Positions 50,858 through 60,819 of a DNA stretch of 64,000 nucleotides are shown piece by piece; position 1 is the stretch's first letter; each line of letters opens with the position of its first letter. Both the position numbers and the translations under genes were made by a program. The stretch is from a virus, in IMG/VR virus record IMGVR_UViG_3300032236_000463, positions 2,837-66,836 of that record; one strand, 5' to 3'. The notes under the pieces are model-generated. The model was not told the origin of the DNA, ran no database searches, and was given only the letters and a program-made list of their open reading frames with translations.

Positions 50858-50979
50858 TGGCATCACATGACTCAGATGAAGATGAAGTATGGATGATTTG
50901 TAATGGGTGTAATTCATTAGCCTCCACAGTTACCATCACCCCAGGTGAAGGCCGTAGGTGTGCAGCGTGTCGGTCCTAA
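50857..50979 (+). CDS. Small zinc-ribbon protein (40 aa)
   Basis: CNGC...CAAC; TAATG coupling. Confidence 0.5.
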   Translation: MASHDSDEDEVWMICNGCNSLASTVTITPGEGRRCAACRS

Positions 50980-51431
50980 TATTTGTTGATGGTATTATCC
51001 GTAAAGAAAGAGACCAGTCTGTAATCGTTGACGGTGTGAACCTATACCGTTCCCTAAATGAGACCAATAGAGTACTTCTATTAGCCAAAGATAGGGAGCG
51101 TACAGATATTTGGTTAAAAACTAATAATATGGCTAAAAAACTAGATGATATTATTGGGTACGTAGATAACCCTATCGATGACGCAAGGTATCTAACCGTA
51201 GAGTCACTAAGAAGTAAGGGTAAAATTGATTTTGTTGTTACAGACGATACAGAACTAGCCCTACGTTTCTTAGAAGTAAGTATTCCTGTTCTAATGTTCT
51301 TGAACCCTAAGTACACCAGACCAGAGTTTAGACCAGATGCCCGTGAGGGTGTAAAGAGTTGGTCAAAAATCACTGAAGAGTTGGACAAACAACAAGGGTT
51401 ATATCTAGAGGACCCACGAACGGAGAACTAA
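50967..51431 (+). CDS. HAD-fold-like protein (motif I appears degenerate)
   Basis: VLIFVDGII, W.K.N, and FVVTDD acidic motif IV. Confidence 0.55.
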   Translation: MSVLIFVDGIIRKERDQSVIVDGVNLYRSLNETNRVLLLAKDRERTDIWLKTNNMAKKLDDIIGYVDNPIDDARYLTVESLRSKGKIDFVVTDDTELALRFLEVSIPVLMFLNPKYTRPEFRPDAREGVKSWSKITEELDKQQGLYLEDPRTEN

Positions 51432-52924
51432 TGCGCCTTATTTACTTAGGGGCGGACGTACCTAGTAATAGGGTAATCTTGGAAACAATGGGCATCCAAA
51501 ACGTTGGTGTGTCATTTTGGAGATTAAAACAGCGTGGACTTCCTAAAAATAAAGAGTATTTATTAAGTAATTATTTTAGTCCTTTTATGAATATCCACGT
51601 CCATCCAGGCATACCTGAGAAGACCGTACTCAGTCCGTTAGACCTAGAAGAGTTTATATCTGATTACGAGCATTTCCTTGCAATGAATATGGAAAGAATT
51701 ACTTCTTTTATGGAGGTAGACCATAATATAGTCCCAGAAAGTATGCTAGAGCTTCAGAGAGAGGCTGCCTGGTCAGAGGAAGAGAAGTTCTGGGCGGTAG
51801 TTCGTAAGGATGATACTTACGGAGACCTCGTAGACCTAGCACAAAATTATGATAATATTGCAATTCCTTATGATGTAATTGAGTCTGATACGTCTATGGC
51901 AGCGAAGGTACGGTCAATCAAGACCCAGTATGGTGCACAGTTCCATGCCCTAGCGTGTGCTAAGCCTGATAACTTACGCCAAGTTCCAGTAGAATCCGCA
52001 AGTACCATGTCATGGCTAAGCCCTATGATGCGCGGAGAAACAATCGTATGGGACGGCAATAAGTTAGTTCGATACCCTAAAAAGATGAAAGACCAAGCAA
52101 GACCAAGATACAAGGCTGTCTATGAGAAAGCAGGCTTAGATTTTGATAAAATTATAGATGATGACCCCGTTGAGGTTGCTAAACTAGCCCTCTGGTCATA
52201 TGACCAATTTGAGGAGCGTTTTAACATGGTTAATAATCCATACTTGTCCGCAGAAGAACCATTTGATGATGAGGAGTTATATGATAACACCCCTGAAATG
52301 CATGAGTCAAAAAGTGCGGAAACTACCCCCGTTGTATATGACAAGAGGGGGTCCGACATGCGGAAACTTGAGGTGCGAAATCCACAAGAAATGACCACCT
52401 TGCCCGTGTTCGGAGCGGAGATTAAGACAGTTGTCGAGAAGGATGCGGATGGCAGAGATGTCATTAAAGATATCACAGTCCTACGTTCTAATCAGAACAG
52501 TTTGAGGATGTGCAACACCTGTTTTGTAGCCTCTAATTGCCCTGCTTTTAAGAAGGATAATACCTGTGCGTTCAGTCTACCAGTAGAGGTAAAGACCAAA
52601 GAACAACTATCTGCACTGCTTACTTCTATTATTGAAATGCAGGGTCAAAGGATAGCATTTGCAAGGTTTTCCGAGGAATTAAACGGCGGATATCCTGACC
52701 CAAATACCAGTCAGGAAGTCGATAGATTATTCAAGTTAATCAAGACGATGAAGGATTTGGAAGATAACTCATCATACGTTAAGATGACTGTTGAAGCAAA
52801 AAATGGAAGCGGAGTTTTGTCACAGATTTTTGGTGAGAGGGCTAGCACACTTAACGAATTACCTAACAACGGATTTGACGAAAGCCAGACCACGCGTATA
52901 ATTCAAGATGCCATTGAAGGCTAA
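51431..52924 (+). CDS. TGT/DpdA-like TIM-barrel protein fused to a Cys-rich/helical C-terminal domain
   Basis: FHALAC.KPD.L..VP.ESASTMSW...G resembles the HxxG...S.DS.SW region of phage tRNA-guanine-transglycosylase-like proteins; CNTC....CP......C in the C-terminal part. Confidence 0.5.
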   Translation: MRLIYLGADVPSNRVILETMGIQNVGVSFWRLKQRGLPKNKEYLLSNYFSPFMNIHVHPGIPEKTVLSPLDLEEFISDYEHFLAMNMERITSFMEVDHNIVPESMLELQREAAWSEEEKFWAVVRKDDTYGDLVDLAQNYDNIAIPYDVIESDTSMAAKVRSIKTQYGAQFHALACAKPDNLRQVPVESASTMSWLSPMMRGETIVWDGNKLVRYPKKMKDQARPRYKAVYEKAGLDFDKIIDDDPVEVAKLALWSYDQFEERFNMVNNPYLSAEEPFDDEELYDNTPEMHESKSAETTPVVYDKRGSDMRKLEVRNPQEMTTLPVFGAEIKTVVEKDADGRDVIKDITVLRSNQNSLRMCNTCFVASNCPAFKKDNTCAFSLPVEVKTKEQLSALLTSIIEMQGQRIAFARFSEELNGGYPDPNTSQEVDRLFKLIKTMKDLEDNSSYVKMTVEAKNGSGVLSQIFGERASTLNELPNNGFDESQTTRIIQDAIEG

Positions 52925-52941
52925 CTGTTATCATATAACAG
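52925..52941 (+). promoter_or_regulatory. Extended -10 (TGtTATCAT) inside a 7-bp inverted repeat upstream of nrdJ
   Basis: CTGTTAT-cat-ATAACAG. Confidence 0.45.
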
Positions 52942-52999
52942 ACCTACGCAAGACCGTGGAACACCACATTATCTATAAACAACTATATAAGGAATAAAT

Positions 53000-55018
53000 A
53001 TGCTATCTTTTAAATTAACTGACGAGTTCGTGTCTACCTACGAAGCCAAGAAAGTACCTTGGGGATACCGAGATGCTGGTGGTAATTCTGTGGGTGAGGT
53101 TACCTTTTTGCGTACCTACTCTCGTATTAAAGAGGATGGCACTAAAGAGACTTGGGCAGATGTATGCCGTCGTGTAATTGAGGGTATGTACTCAATCCAG
53201 AAAGACCACTGTAAGAAGAGCCGTCTACCATGGAATGAGAATAAAGCACAAGCGTCCGCCAAAGAAGGCTATGACCGCCTATTCAATCTAAAGTGGACAC
53301 CACCTGGTCGTGGTTTATGGGTTATGGGTACACCTTTGGTTAATGAGCAACTAAACTCCGCAGCCTTGCAGAACTGTTCCTTTGTATCCACAGAGTCAAT
53401 GACCAAGCACAATCCTGCCAAGCCATTTGCGTTCCTAATGGAAGCATCAATGCTTGGTGTAGGCGTGGGCTTTGATGATAAAGGCGCGGACAAAGATTTT
53501 ACTATCTATGAACCGACAGAACCAGAACAGGTAATGGTTATCCCAGATAGCCGTGAAGGTTGGGTAGATTCTGTTACTGCCCTAATCAACTCATACCTAC
53601 GCCCTGAACAGCACATCTTAACATTTGATTACAGTCAAGTGAGACCAGCAGGGACTCCCATTAAGACCTTTGGTGGAACAGCCGCTGGTCATGAACCGTT
53701 GGAAGCCTTGCATAACCATATCCGCCGTATCTTTGGTGGTCGTGCTGGTCAGGCTTTGACCCGCGTAGATATTGCTGATATCGGTAACCTTATCGGTGTT
53801 TGTGTTGTATCAGGTAACGTACGCCGTAGTGCTGAGTTATTAATGGGACGATTAGATGATGACAACTTCTTGAACCTAAAGAATCAAGAGCGATTCCCAG
53901 AGCGCAACTCCTACGACTCCAAAGCACCAGGTTGGGGCTGGATGAGTAACAACTCTGTTGGTATTTCTGTGGGCGATGACCTGTCAGGAATCATTGATGG
54001 TATTGCACTTAATGGTGAGCCTGGTGTTATTTGGATGGATGTTACTCGTAAGTATGGTCGCTTAATTGACCAGCCAAACAATAAAGACTGGAGAGCCGCT
54101 GGTTACAACCCGTGCGCGGAACAGAGTCTAGAATCCTTTGAGTGCTGTACATTAGTAGAAACGTATTTGAATCGCCATGATGATTTGAATGATTACCTTC
54201 GTACGCTGAAGTTTGCTTATCTTTACGCCAAGACTGTGACCCTACTTCCTACCCACTGGGAAGAAACAAATGCGATTATGCAAAGAAATAGAAGAATTGG
54301 TACATCTATGTCTGGTGTAGCGAACTTTGCGGACCGCAAGGGTCTACCTGCGCTGCGAGATTGGATGGATGCAGGATACGATTTGGTAATCAAATATGAT
54401 AGATTATACTCAGAATGGTTAGGTATTCGTGAATCAATTAAAACTACGACAGTCAAGCCGTCAGGAACGGTCTCTATCCTCGCTGGTGAATCTCCTGGTG
54501 TTCATTGGACTCCTGGGGGTAAGTATTTCCTTCGTGCTATTCGATTTAGTAATGATGACCCTATGCTACCTCTCTTCACTTACGCAGGATACAAAGTGGA
54601 ACCTGCTAGTGAGTCTCCTAAAACTACGAGCGTGGTGTTCTTCCCAGTAGAATCAGATGCTTCTCGCTCAGAGAAAGATGTATCTATTTATGAAAAGGTC
54701 GCTCTAGCGGCTATGGCACAGCGACATTGGTCTGACAACTCGGTGTCTGTTACGGTATCATTTAATAAAGATACGGAAAAGAAAGATGTTGGCACAGTGC
54801 TTCACTTATTTGATGGGCAACTCAAAACCGTTTCCTTCTTGCCTATGGGAAACGAGACTTACCCACAAATGCCGTACACGCAAATAACTGCTGATGAGTA
54901 TGAAAAATATAAATATGAACTGCTACCCATTGACTTTACTGATGTCTATGCAGGTATGGCAGCCGATGCCATTGGTGAAAAGTATTGCTCTACGGACTTC
55001 TGTGAAATACCAAAATAA
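53000..55018 (+). CDS. nrdJ: Class II (B12-dependent, monomeric RTPR-type) ribonucleotide reductase
   Basis: RTYSR, PPGRGLW, LQNCSF, GNVRRSAE, NPCAEQSLE...C.LVE, TTVKPSGT, DNSVSVT, C-terminal C.TD.C. Confidence 0.95.
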   Translation: MLSFKLTDEFVSTYEAKKVPWGYRDAGGNSVGEVTFLRTYSRIKEDGTKETWADVCRRVIEGMYSIQKDHCKKSRLPWNENKAQASAKEGYDRLFNLKWTPPGRGLWVMGTPLVNEQLNSAALQNCSFVSTESMTKHNPAKPFAFLMEASMLGVGVGFDDKGADKDFTIYEPTEPEQVMVIPDSREGWVDSVTALINSYLRPEQHILTFDYSQVRPAGTPIKTFGGTAAGHEPLEALHNHIRRIFGGRAGQALTRVDIADIGNLIGVCVVSGNVRRSAELLMGRLDDDNFLNLKNQERFPERNSYDSKAPGWGWMSNNSVGISVGDDLSGIIDGIALNGEPGVIWMDVTRKYGRLIDQPNNKDWRAAGYNPCAEQSLESFECCTLVETYLNRHDDLNDYLRTLKFAYLYAKTVTLLPTHWEETNAIMQRNRRIGTSMSGVANFADRKGLPALRDWMDAGYDLVIKYDRLYSEWLGIRESIKTTTVKPSGTVSILAGESPGVHWTPGGKYFLRAIRFSNDDPMLPLFTYAGYKVEPASESPKTTSVVFFPVESDASRSEKDVSIYEKVALAAMAQRHWSDNSVSVTVSFNKDTEKKDVGTVLHLFDGQLKTVSFLPMGNETYPQMPYTQITADEYEKYKYELLPIDFTDVYAGMAADAIGEKYCSTDFCEIPK

Positions 55019-55030
55019 TATATAAATAAG

Positions 55031-55062
55031 AAAGCCCCCAGCCAATCGGCTGGGGGCTTTTT
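55031..55062. terminator. Bidirectional terminator between convergent genome arms
   Basis: AAAGCCCCCAGCC-aatc-GGCTGGGGGCTTTTT. Confidence 0.92.
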
Positions 55063-55067
55063 CTATA

Positions 55068-55253
55068 TTAGAACTTAATAACTATCTCGTCACCAGTTTT
55101 ATTATGTGGAAACACATCAAAGACAATCACATTTTTTACGCAGTCTACTTGCTCAACAGCATTAATGATATCGTCCTCGTTCCAAGACACTAGGCTGGTA
55201 TCGCTATCATACCCGTCCTCAACTGTCAGAACTAAAAGTACTCTCTTCTTCAT
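55068..55253 (-). CDS. Small hypothetical protein
   Basis: 61 aa with a (GA)n motif upstream. Confidence 0.6.
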   Translation of the reverse strand: MKKRVLLVLTVEDGYDSDTSLVSWNEDDIINAVEQVDCVKNVIVFDVFPHNKTGDEIVIKF

Positions 55254-55452
55254 CTCTCTCTATCTCTCTCTCTTTTACATTATTATGCGAACGTAGTTTT
55301 TTATTTGCCTTACCAATGCTAACCAACTGATTACACAATGGGCAAGGAGTCTTAATTGAATTGGTTCGTGGGTCAATCCACTGAAGGCTATCATCTTGCG
55401 TAGCGTCCATACCAGAACCAAAACATGGGTTAGTAATATGTTTATTTGCCAT
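55219..55452 (-). CDS. Small zinc-binding hypothetical protein
   Basis: C.GSG...CPLC...LRSH. Confidence 0.6.
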   Translation of the reverse strand: MANKHITNPCFGSGMDATQDDSLQWIDPRTNSIKTPCPLCNQLVSIGKANKKLRSHNNVKEREIERDEEESTFSSDS

Positions 55453-55688
55453 TAAATTAACTCTCTCACTTTCATATTATTTCCAATTTCTAATAATAAA
55501 TCTGGTATTGATAAGTTTAGGCTAGAGCAAATACTCTCTAACATATCTGATGAGACCTCTTTAACACCCCGCTCAACTTCGCTTAGGTATCCTAGTGAGA
55601 TAGGTATCTCGCTAGATAACTGCCTAATACTCTTACCTTGTGATTCGCGCTTATCCCTAATTACAGCACCTAGTTCTAATCTATACAA
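55452..55688 (-). CDS. XRE-family HTH regulator, ClgR/PopR-like
   Basis: LG.VIR..R..QG.S.R.L....ISLGYLSEVERG.KE.SS..L..IC..L. Confidence 0.85.
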   Translation of the reverse strand: MYRLELGAVIRDKRESQGKSIRQLSSEIPISLGYLSEVERGVKEVSSDMLESICSSLNLSIPDLLLEIGNNMKVRELI

Positions 55689-56040
55689 GTTTATCTAGAC
55701 CACCTGCACTTGAATCCCAGTTACCGTCTATTACCATTAATGCAATTAAAGCATAGTTTGCTAAATCTACGAAAGAATCCCGCAGCGACTCATTTTCAGG
55801 AGTAACTCCTGTATCTAATAGGTTATTAATACGAGAGACCTTATCAAATATACGGACGCGCAGACCATTTAACGGACCCCCTGGTGCGTTACTTATATTT
55901 TTAGGACCATAATCGTTTTGTTTCTTTATTAACATATTGGTGCACTCGTCCCCAACTTTCCACACAGCATTTATGAACGAACGTGGTACGTTTGGCAACT
56001 CTACAAACGGCAAGTCTTTTATGCTTCTCTCTCTATTCAT
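55681..56040 (-). CDS. DUF1599 / nucleotide-modification-associated domain 1 protein
   Basis: KKQ.DYG..N......GL.VR..DK..R..NL.......ESL.DSF.DLANYA.I. Confidence 0.85.
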   Translation of the reverse strand: MNRERSIKDLPFVELPNVPRSFINAVWKVGDECTNMLIKKQNDYGPKNISNAPGGPLNGLRVRIFDKVSRINNLLDTGVTPENESLRDSFVDLANYALIALMVIDGNWDSSAGGLDKLV

Positions 56041-56048
56041 TATCTCTC

Positions 56049-56228
56049 TCACAATCGGTTTTCATTTACTAGTCTTACTACAACATGGCAAGGGTCGTTA
56101 CCGTTTTCCCAATCAGCAACTTCTTCTTCGTTATCGTATGGTGAACCATCGTGGGTTACGCAATATGGCATGGATATCCAGCCATTTTCTACCCCAACTG
56201 TGAGCCACTCTGATACATCTTTATTCAT
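56049..56228 (-). CDS. Small hypothetical protein (59 aa)
   Basis: MNKDVSEWLTVGVENGWISMPYCVTHDG...DPCHVVVRL; not in the ORF track. Confidence 0.65.
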   Translation of the reverse strand: MNKDVSEWLTVGVENGWISMPYCVTHDGSPYDNEEEVADWENGNDPCHVVVRLVNENRL

Positions 56229-56266
56229 TACTTTTAACCGCCTTCGGGCTTAACCAACACAAACTA

Positions 56267-56707
56267 TTATTCATTATCGTCCCCCAACCATACATAAGGC
56301 AAATCGTCTGGGACATCTCCAAATACAGGAATATAAAAAATAGGGTTCTTTCTAATTAGATTACTTTGGTGCGATAGGTGCAAATGCTCGTTGCCTATGA
56401 AACTTGGTAAAGTGAACTCGTCTGGACAAGTATCTAAATAGTCATAAGTACGGTCAATAAACTCTGGTAGCAGGGTATCTTTGTACCCTCTATCTCTCCA
56501 CTCCTTGCAAATGATTACCCCATATTGCGCCAGAGAGCCCCTGTGACCGCGCCACATCTTAGTCGCTGGGTGATTAGTCCACCCCTTGCTCAATCCGTCT
56601 AGAGCATTTAATATCTGTTTAGTTTCTACTCTCTGCTTACCTAAACGCTTGTAATCAAGCGCGTAGGCAGAGTGAGCAAAGTCTGGATAAGGTAAAAAGG
56701 TTTGCAT
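56267..56707 (-). CDS. Pyrimidine-dimer DNA glycosylase family protein (MSMEG_6728/DenV-like)
   Basis: MQTFLPY.DF..SA..LD.KRLGKQRVE..QI, GW.NHPA..MWRG, SHQSNL.RK, LPYVW. Confidence 0.9.
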   Translation of the reverse strand: MQTFLPYPDFAHSAYALDYKRLGKQRVETKQILNALDGLSKGWTNHPATKMWRGHRGSLAQYGVIICKEWRDRGYKDTLLPEFIDRTYDYLDTCPDEFTLPSFIGNEHLHLSHQSNLIRKNPIFYIPVFGDVPDDLPYVWLGDDNE

Positions 56708-56711
56708 AGTT

Positions 56712-58752
56712 TTACTCCTGTACTTCTGCCATTACAACAATGTAGGTTTCAATATCTACGTTGTTACCGTTCAACTCAAACGCATAGTCCTCTGCCTTGC
56801 TCTCATCAAGAAACAAGGCTGGTACACCGTCCGTACCCTCTTCATCATTAACTACTGCCCAAATATACATATTAGTTCTCTCTCTCTTTAATAATAAAAT
56901 TACCTTTGTTAATACTATCTAAATAGACAGCAAGCACATCTTCTACTAAGCGCGAGCCTTCTTGGTCTGACCACCCATTAAACTCTAGGTAGTCTGCTGG
57001 GTCATATGTATTACCATTATTGAACACCGCGCTCTGGGTATCAATATCTAATTTCCATAGGTCTGTATCTGTATCGTATTTAACTACAAAGTGATGTTGC
57101 ATTATTTTTTCTCCCATACTATTGTTTCCCAAATATTATTGGTAATCTCATTATCATCTAATTCATCACGACCCCAGTCCTTAGTTAATTCTAAGGCTTC
57201 TGCATCGCTACTTGCTTCTACTTCTACTTCCCAAACGGTAGTCTGGGTAAGTTCTAATATGTATTTTGGCATTATTTATTATCTCTCTCTTGGCAGGTTT
57301 TGCAAGGTTGGTTTAGGTCTGGAGTCTCTGCTTTGTAGCAGACACCGCATATATAACTCATACTCATTATAGTTCTTTTACTATTTCTCTCTCGTAATTG
57401 TGCGCGACCCACTCTACCGCGCGCTCGCCTTGACTTTCAGGCTCGTACCCTGTGTATTCATCAACACAGCAGGAAAATAGACAGCACTCCACACAGTACG
57501 CTTCATTGTCCTGCATAGAGTTCTGGCAAGCGTACTCTGCCATACTGTTGTCACACATACAGCAGGTAGTATTCAATAGTTCCTGTTCTGTGTAATCCTT
57601 TAGGTGCTTAATCATTTGGGTGCTCTCCTTGTTTGCAATCAGTACATAGATAAGTATCAATGTCTTTTGTATCCTCAATGCAGTCGCAAAGACAACTACA
57701 AGTTACTATTATTTCCATTAGTTCTCTAGTTCCCCTTCTTCTTCATCAAAGATATTGCGTACTTCACAGATACCTTGTTTTTCTAAATTAGATAATTGTT
57801 TTAGTACTTCTTCTAAATGTTCTGCTTCTACATCTAAACTAATTACATACATATTAATTTACCTCTACGCTTTCATCATAAAGTTCTATGTCATTATCCT
57901 GCCACTCAATAACTCCCGTTCGTGGATTGTCATTCCACTTACGCATGGCTTCCTCTGGCGTTTCCGCCGTAACTAAATAACTAATTATTTGGGTTACCTC
58001 GTATTGCATTATTTACTCCTATTGTTAATTATTTTAATATTCTTTTCTGCAAGAGATACTCTGCTCTCGCAGTCGTTTAGGTAGGTGTGGTTGATACTGT
58101 TACGGTATCTAATGCTTCCCTTGTCATACTGGTTGTCTAGCCACTTGATTAGGGTAGGCAAATAACTAGCCACAACGAACACCTTAGGCTTTTCTGCGCT
58201 CTCCACGTTCCATACAACATAGCGTGCGTCACCGTCATACAAATCGGTTACTTCCCCTTTGTAGTTTGTTCGCTTAAAATGGTGCTTACGTTCTGTTATT
58301 ACATATCCTGTTTTATGAATAGCAATATCAATATCAATATCAGGTTTGGTTTTCATTAGGCGTAGCCCTCGCTTTCATCATCTGAGTAATCATCAGTATC
58401 AACATATAACGGTATAATTTCTTGTTCGTTATCAGAGACTTCGTACGAACCGTCCAACACAAACTGTTCATCGGAAGTGAATCCAATCTTTTTCTTAGCC
58501 AACTTGTTCACCTGTTTCATCTACTAGTAGTACATACTTGTCTGGCAAGTCATTGATATCATCAACACACTTGTTGTAAATATATTCCATAATTAATTCT
58601 TTGTCAATCTCGTCAGGCAAATAGCCCGCGTCAAATAAATCCTCTAGCACAATTCGTACATCATAAGTAACAGCCTTCATAGCAGTCACACGTTCTGGTA
58701 ATTCCTCCATTAACATATCTAACTCCAAACTAATTTCTTTCATTGTTCCCAT
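56712..58752 (-). other. Array of short early ORFs (e.g. 56712-56870, 56872-57102, 57102-57272, 57272-57367, 57367-57615, 58009-58356, 58495-58752)
   Basis: Tightly coupled 30-115 aa acidic or Cys-rich ORFs on the minus strand. Confidence 0.65.
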
Positions 58753-58778
58753 AATAATATAATCCTTAATTGTATAGA

Positions 58779-58829
58779 GTGACGGTACGGATAGTCAGAA
58801 AGGAAGGAAAGACCTATCCGTACCGCCAC
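58779..58829 (-). promoter_or_regulatory. 16-bp hairpin with anti-SD-like loop
   Basis: Minus strand GTGGCGGTACGGATAG-GTCTTTCCTTCCTTTCTGA-CTATCCGTACCGTCAC; one position is a G.U pair on the minus strand only. Confidence 0.75.
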
Positions 58830-58834
58830 GTTTG

Positions 58835-60814
58835 TTACCTGTTGGATAGTGAGCGTACCACGTCACGCGCTACGTTCACAATATCCTTAGGACGATTAAT
58901 CAAAGTAATTGCATGGCAGTTATGTAGCCACCGTTGCATTGACTTCTTTAATTCATCTTTGTCTAATCTATTAGACTGGTATCCATTAGTAATATAAACT
59001 AGATTACTAATAGTACCTTTAATAGAATTGATATTAGTAATTGTTTTATTACACTCGTCCTCGTTGTACCACTCGCCGTCAGTTACAACGAACAACAGTT
59101 TAGTTTTGCGTTTTGTAGCCTTGAATATACTTTCTGCTTCACGCAAGCCCTCAATAGGATTAGTAGAACCACCTGCACCAACGAATCTAAACTCCTGACC
59201 GTTTGCCTTTTCATCGGCAGAGTACAGCAACTTAGTTTCATCATCGAATACATAGACTGTTACTTTAGCATCAATAGTTTCTAATGCTTTCTTGATAGTC
59301 CAAGCAGAGCGACAAGCATCTGGCATCTGACCGTCCATACTGCCAGAGTTATCTATTAGAATAACTGCTTCAATATCAAACGCTTCGTTACCATTGTCCC
59401 AACGGTCAAATAATCTATTAAGATTATTAATATCCATGTTCATAGTCCGTTGAATATTTAACTTGCCACTAGGTAGTTCTCTATGCCAAGCAGGGTCATT
59501 ATCAATCTGTAACTTAATTAACTCATTACCAAACGCACGCGCGTTAGCGCGCTCGTCACCTGATAAATTGTGGCTCTTGTAGGAAGTCTTGCCTACGTTG
59601 TTGAACCTAGTATCTGACTGCTTGATAGCCTGACGCACTTGTCGCACATCTTGTTTAGCCTGTGCAGATTTCATCACATTATCAATCGCTTCGTTAATCA
59701 TATTGACTAAGTGTTCATCTAATGGATTAGCCTGTGTCTCGTTATCAGACTTGGCATTACCACCTGTACCACTACTACCAGCATTGTTAGTAGAGTTACC
59801 GTTAGACTTATCAGTACTGTTATCACCTGACTGTTCTACTAACTGCTCTTGCTCGCCGTCCTTACCCTGTGCGTTCTCAGACGTTTTAGTCTGCGACTTA
59901 ACACTCTCGGTACGACCATTTTTCATAGGCTTACGTTCACCGCAAGTACCGTTTGGGACGTGTATATCATCAATGCCACCGTCACTACCGTTGCCATTGT
60001 TGTAACCGTTATCATCGTCACGCTTTAGATTAAGCAGGTCTGCAAACTGTTCGACCAGTTCGACAGCGCGCTTACCGTCTGACTTAGTGCTAAGGATAAG
60101 GAATCGGTACTCGCTAACAATATCTGATATCTGATTAGCCAAAGTAGCACCAAACTTATTAATAAACTTGTCTGCTAGTGTCTGACGAATATCAATAGGC
60201 AAGTACTTACGACCAGTCATTAATGGAAACAGGGTAGGTAGTACTTTGTCATTCGCATTACTAAGTATATAAGTAAGAGCACTAGACGTTAGCGATATTG
60301 TAGTGCTAGGGAACCGTTCGACCATTAGAGTTTCAATCCGTTGGTCCTCTAGGATATTCCAAGCCTTAACTAATCCCTTTTCCATTAATTGCTTAACTAC
60401 TTCGCTACCTGCGCGTGGAGTCCACAGTAGGTGAGCGACCTCATGATAGTTAATACCGTTAAGACTAATAATAGTTTTATCATCAATGTCTTTTAGTACT
60501 CTATCATTAAGATAGATATTAGTTCCGTCACTCCAAGCAGGGTTATCATTACCTTTTTCAAGCGCACCGAACGTAGCAATACGCACAGATACTTTAGAGT
60601 TAGTAAGAATACTATCGGCAGTCTGATATACACCAGCAATAGCATCAAACCTTTGCGCGCGCTTTTGTTTGTTTTGGGATATTTCGCGTGACAGTTCATC
60701 ACGTTGTTCCCACGACATATCGTTACTAAACTCTGGGTGCTGATGTAACTCCCAATAGTTTGCAGACAAATCCCTAAGAGCATTGGGACGTACTTTAGAT
60801 GTTCTACGAGCCAT
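58835..60814 (-). CDS. VWA-domain protein with N-terminal HEXXH metallopeptidase-like domain (CobT-like)
   Basis: HEVAH...NILEDQRIE; acidic linker; MIDAS motif DNSGSM, GGST, VTDG. Confidence 0.9.
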   Translation of the reverse strand: MARRTSKVRPNALRDLSANYWELHQHPEFSNDMSWEQRDELSREISQNKQKRAQRFDAIAGVYQTADSILTNSKVSVRIATFGALEKGNDNPAWSDGTNIYLNDRVLKDIDDKTIISLNGINYHEVAHLLWTPRAGSEVVKQLMEKGLVKAWNILEDQRIETLMVERFPSTTISLTSSALTYILSNANDKVLPTLFPLMTGRKYLPIDIRQTLADKFINKFGATLANQISDIVSEYRFLILSTKSDGKRAVELVEQFADLLNLKRDDDNGYNNGNGSDGGIDDIHVPNGTCGERKPMKNGRTESVKSQTKTSENAQGKDGEQEQLVEQSGDNSTDKSNGNSTNNAGSSGTGGNAKSDNETQANPLDEHLVNMINEAIDNVMKSAQAKQDVRQVRQAIKQSDTRFNNVGKTSYKSHNLSGDERANARAFGNELIKLQIDNDPAWHRELPSGKLNIQRTMNMDINNLNRLFDRWDNGNEAFDIEAVILIDNSGSMDGQMPDACRSAWTIKKALETIDAKVTVYVFDDETKLLYSADEKANGQEFRFVGAGGSTNPIEGLREAESIFKATKRKTKLLFVVTDGEWYNEDECNKTITNINSIKGTISNLVYITNGYQSNRLDKDELKKSMQRWLHNCHAITLINRPKDIVNVARDVVRSLSNR

Positions 60815-60819
60815 TGTAA

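Noticed and set aside
52955-52980. NrdR box upstream of nrdJ
   Set aside because: ACACCACATTATCTAT matches only the left half of the consensus.
33343-55018. Inteins or introns in polA, recA or nrdJ
   Set aside because: ORFs are uninterrupted and of normal length, with no intein splice motifs or homing endonuclease recognised.
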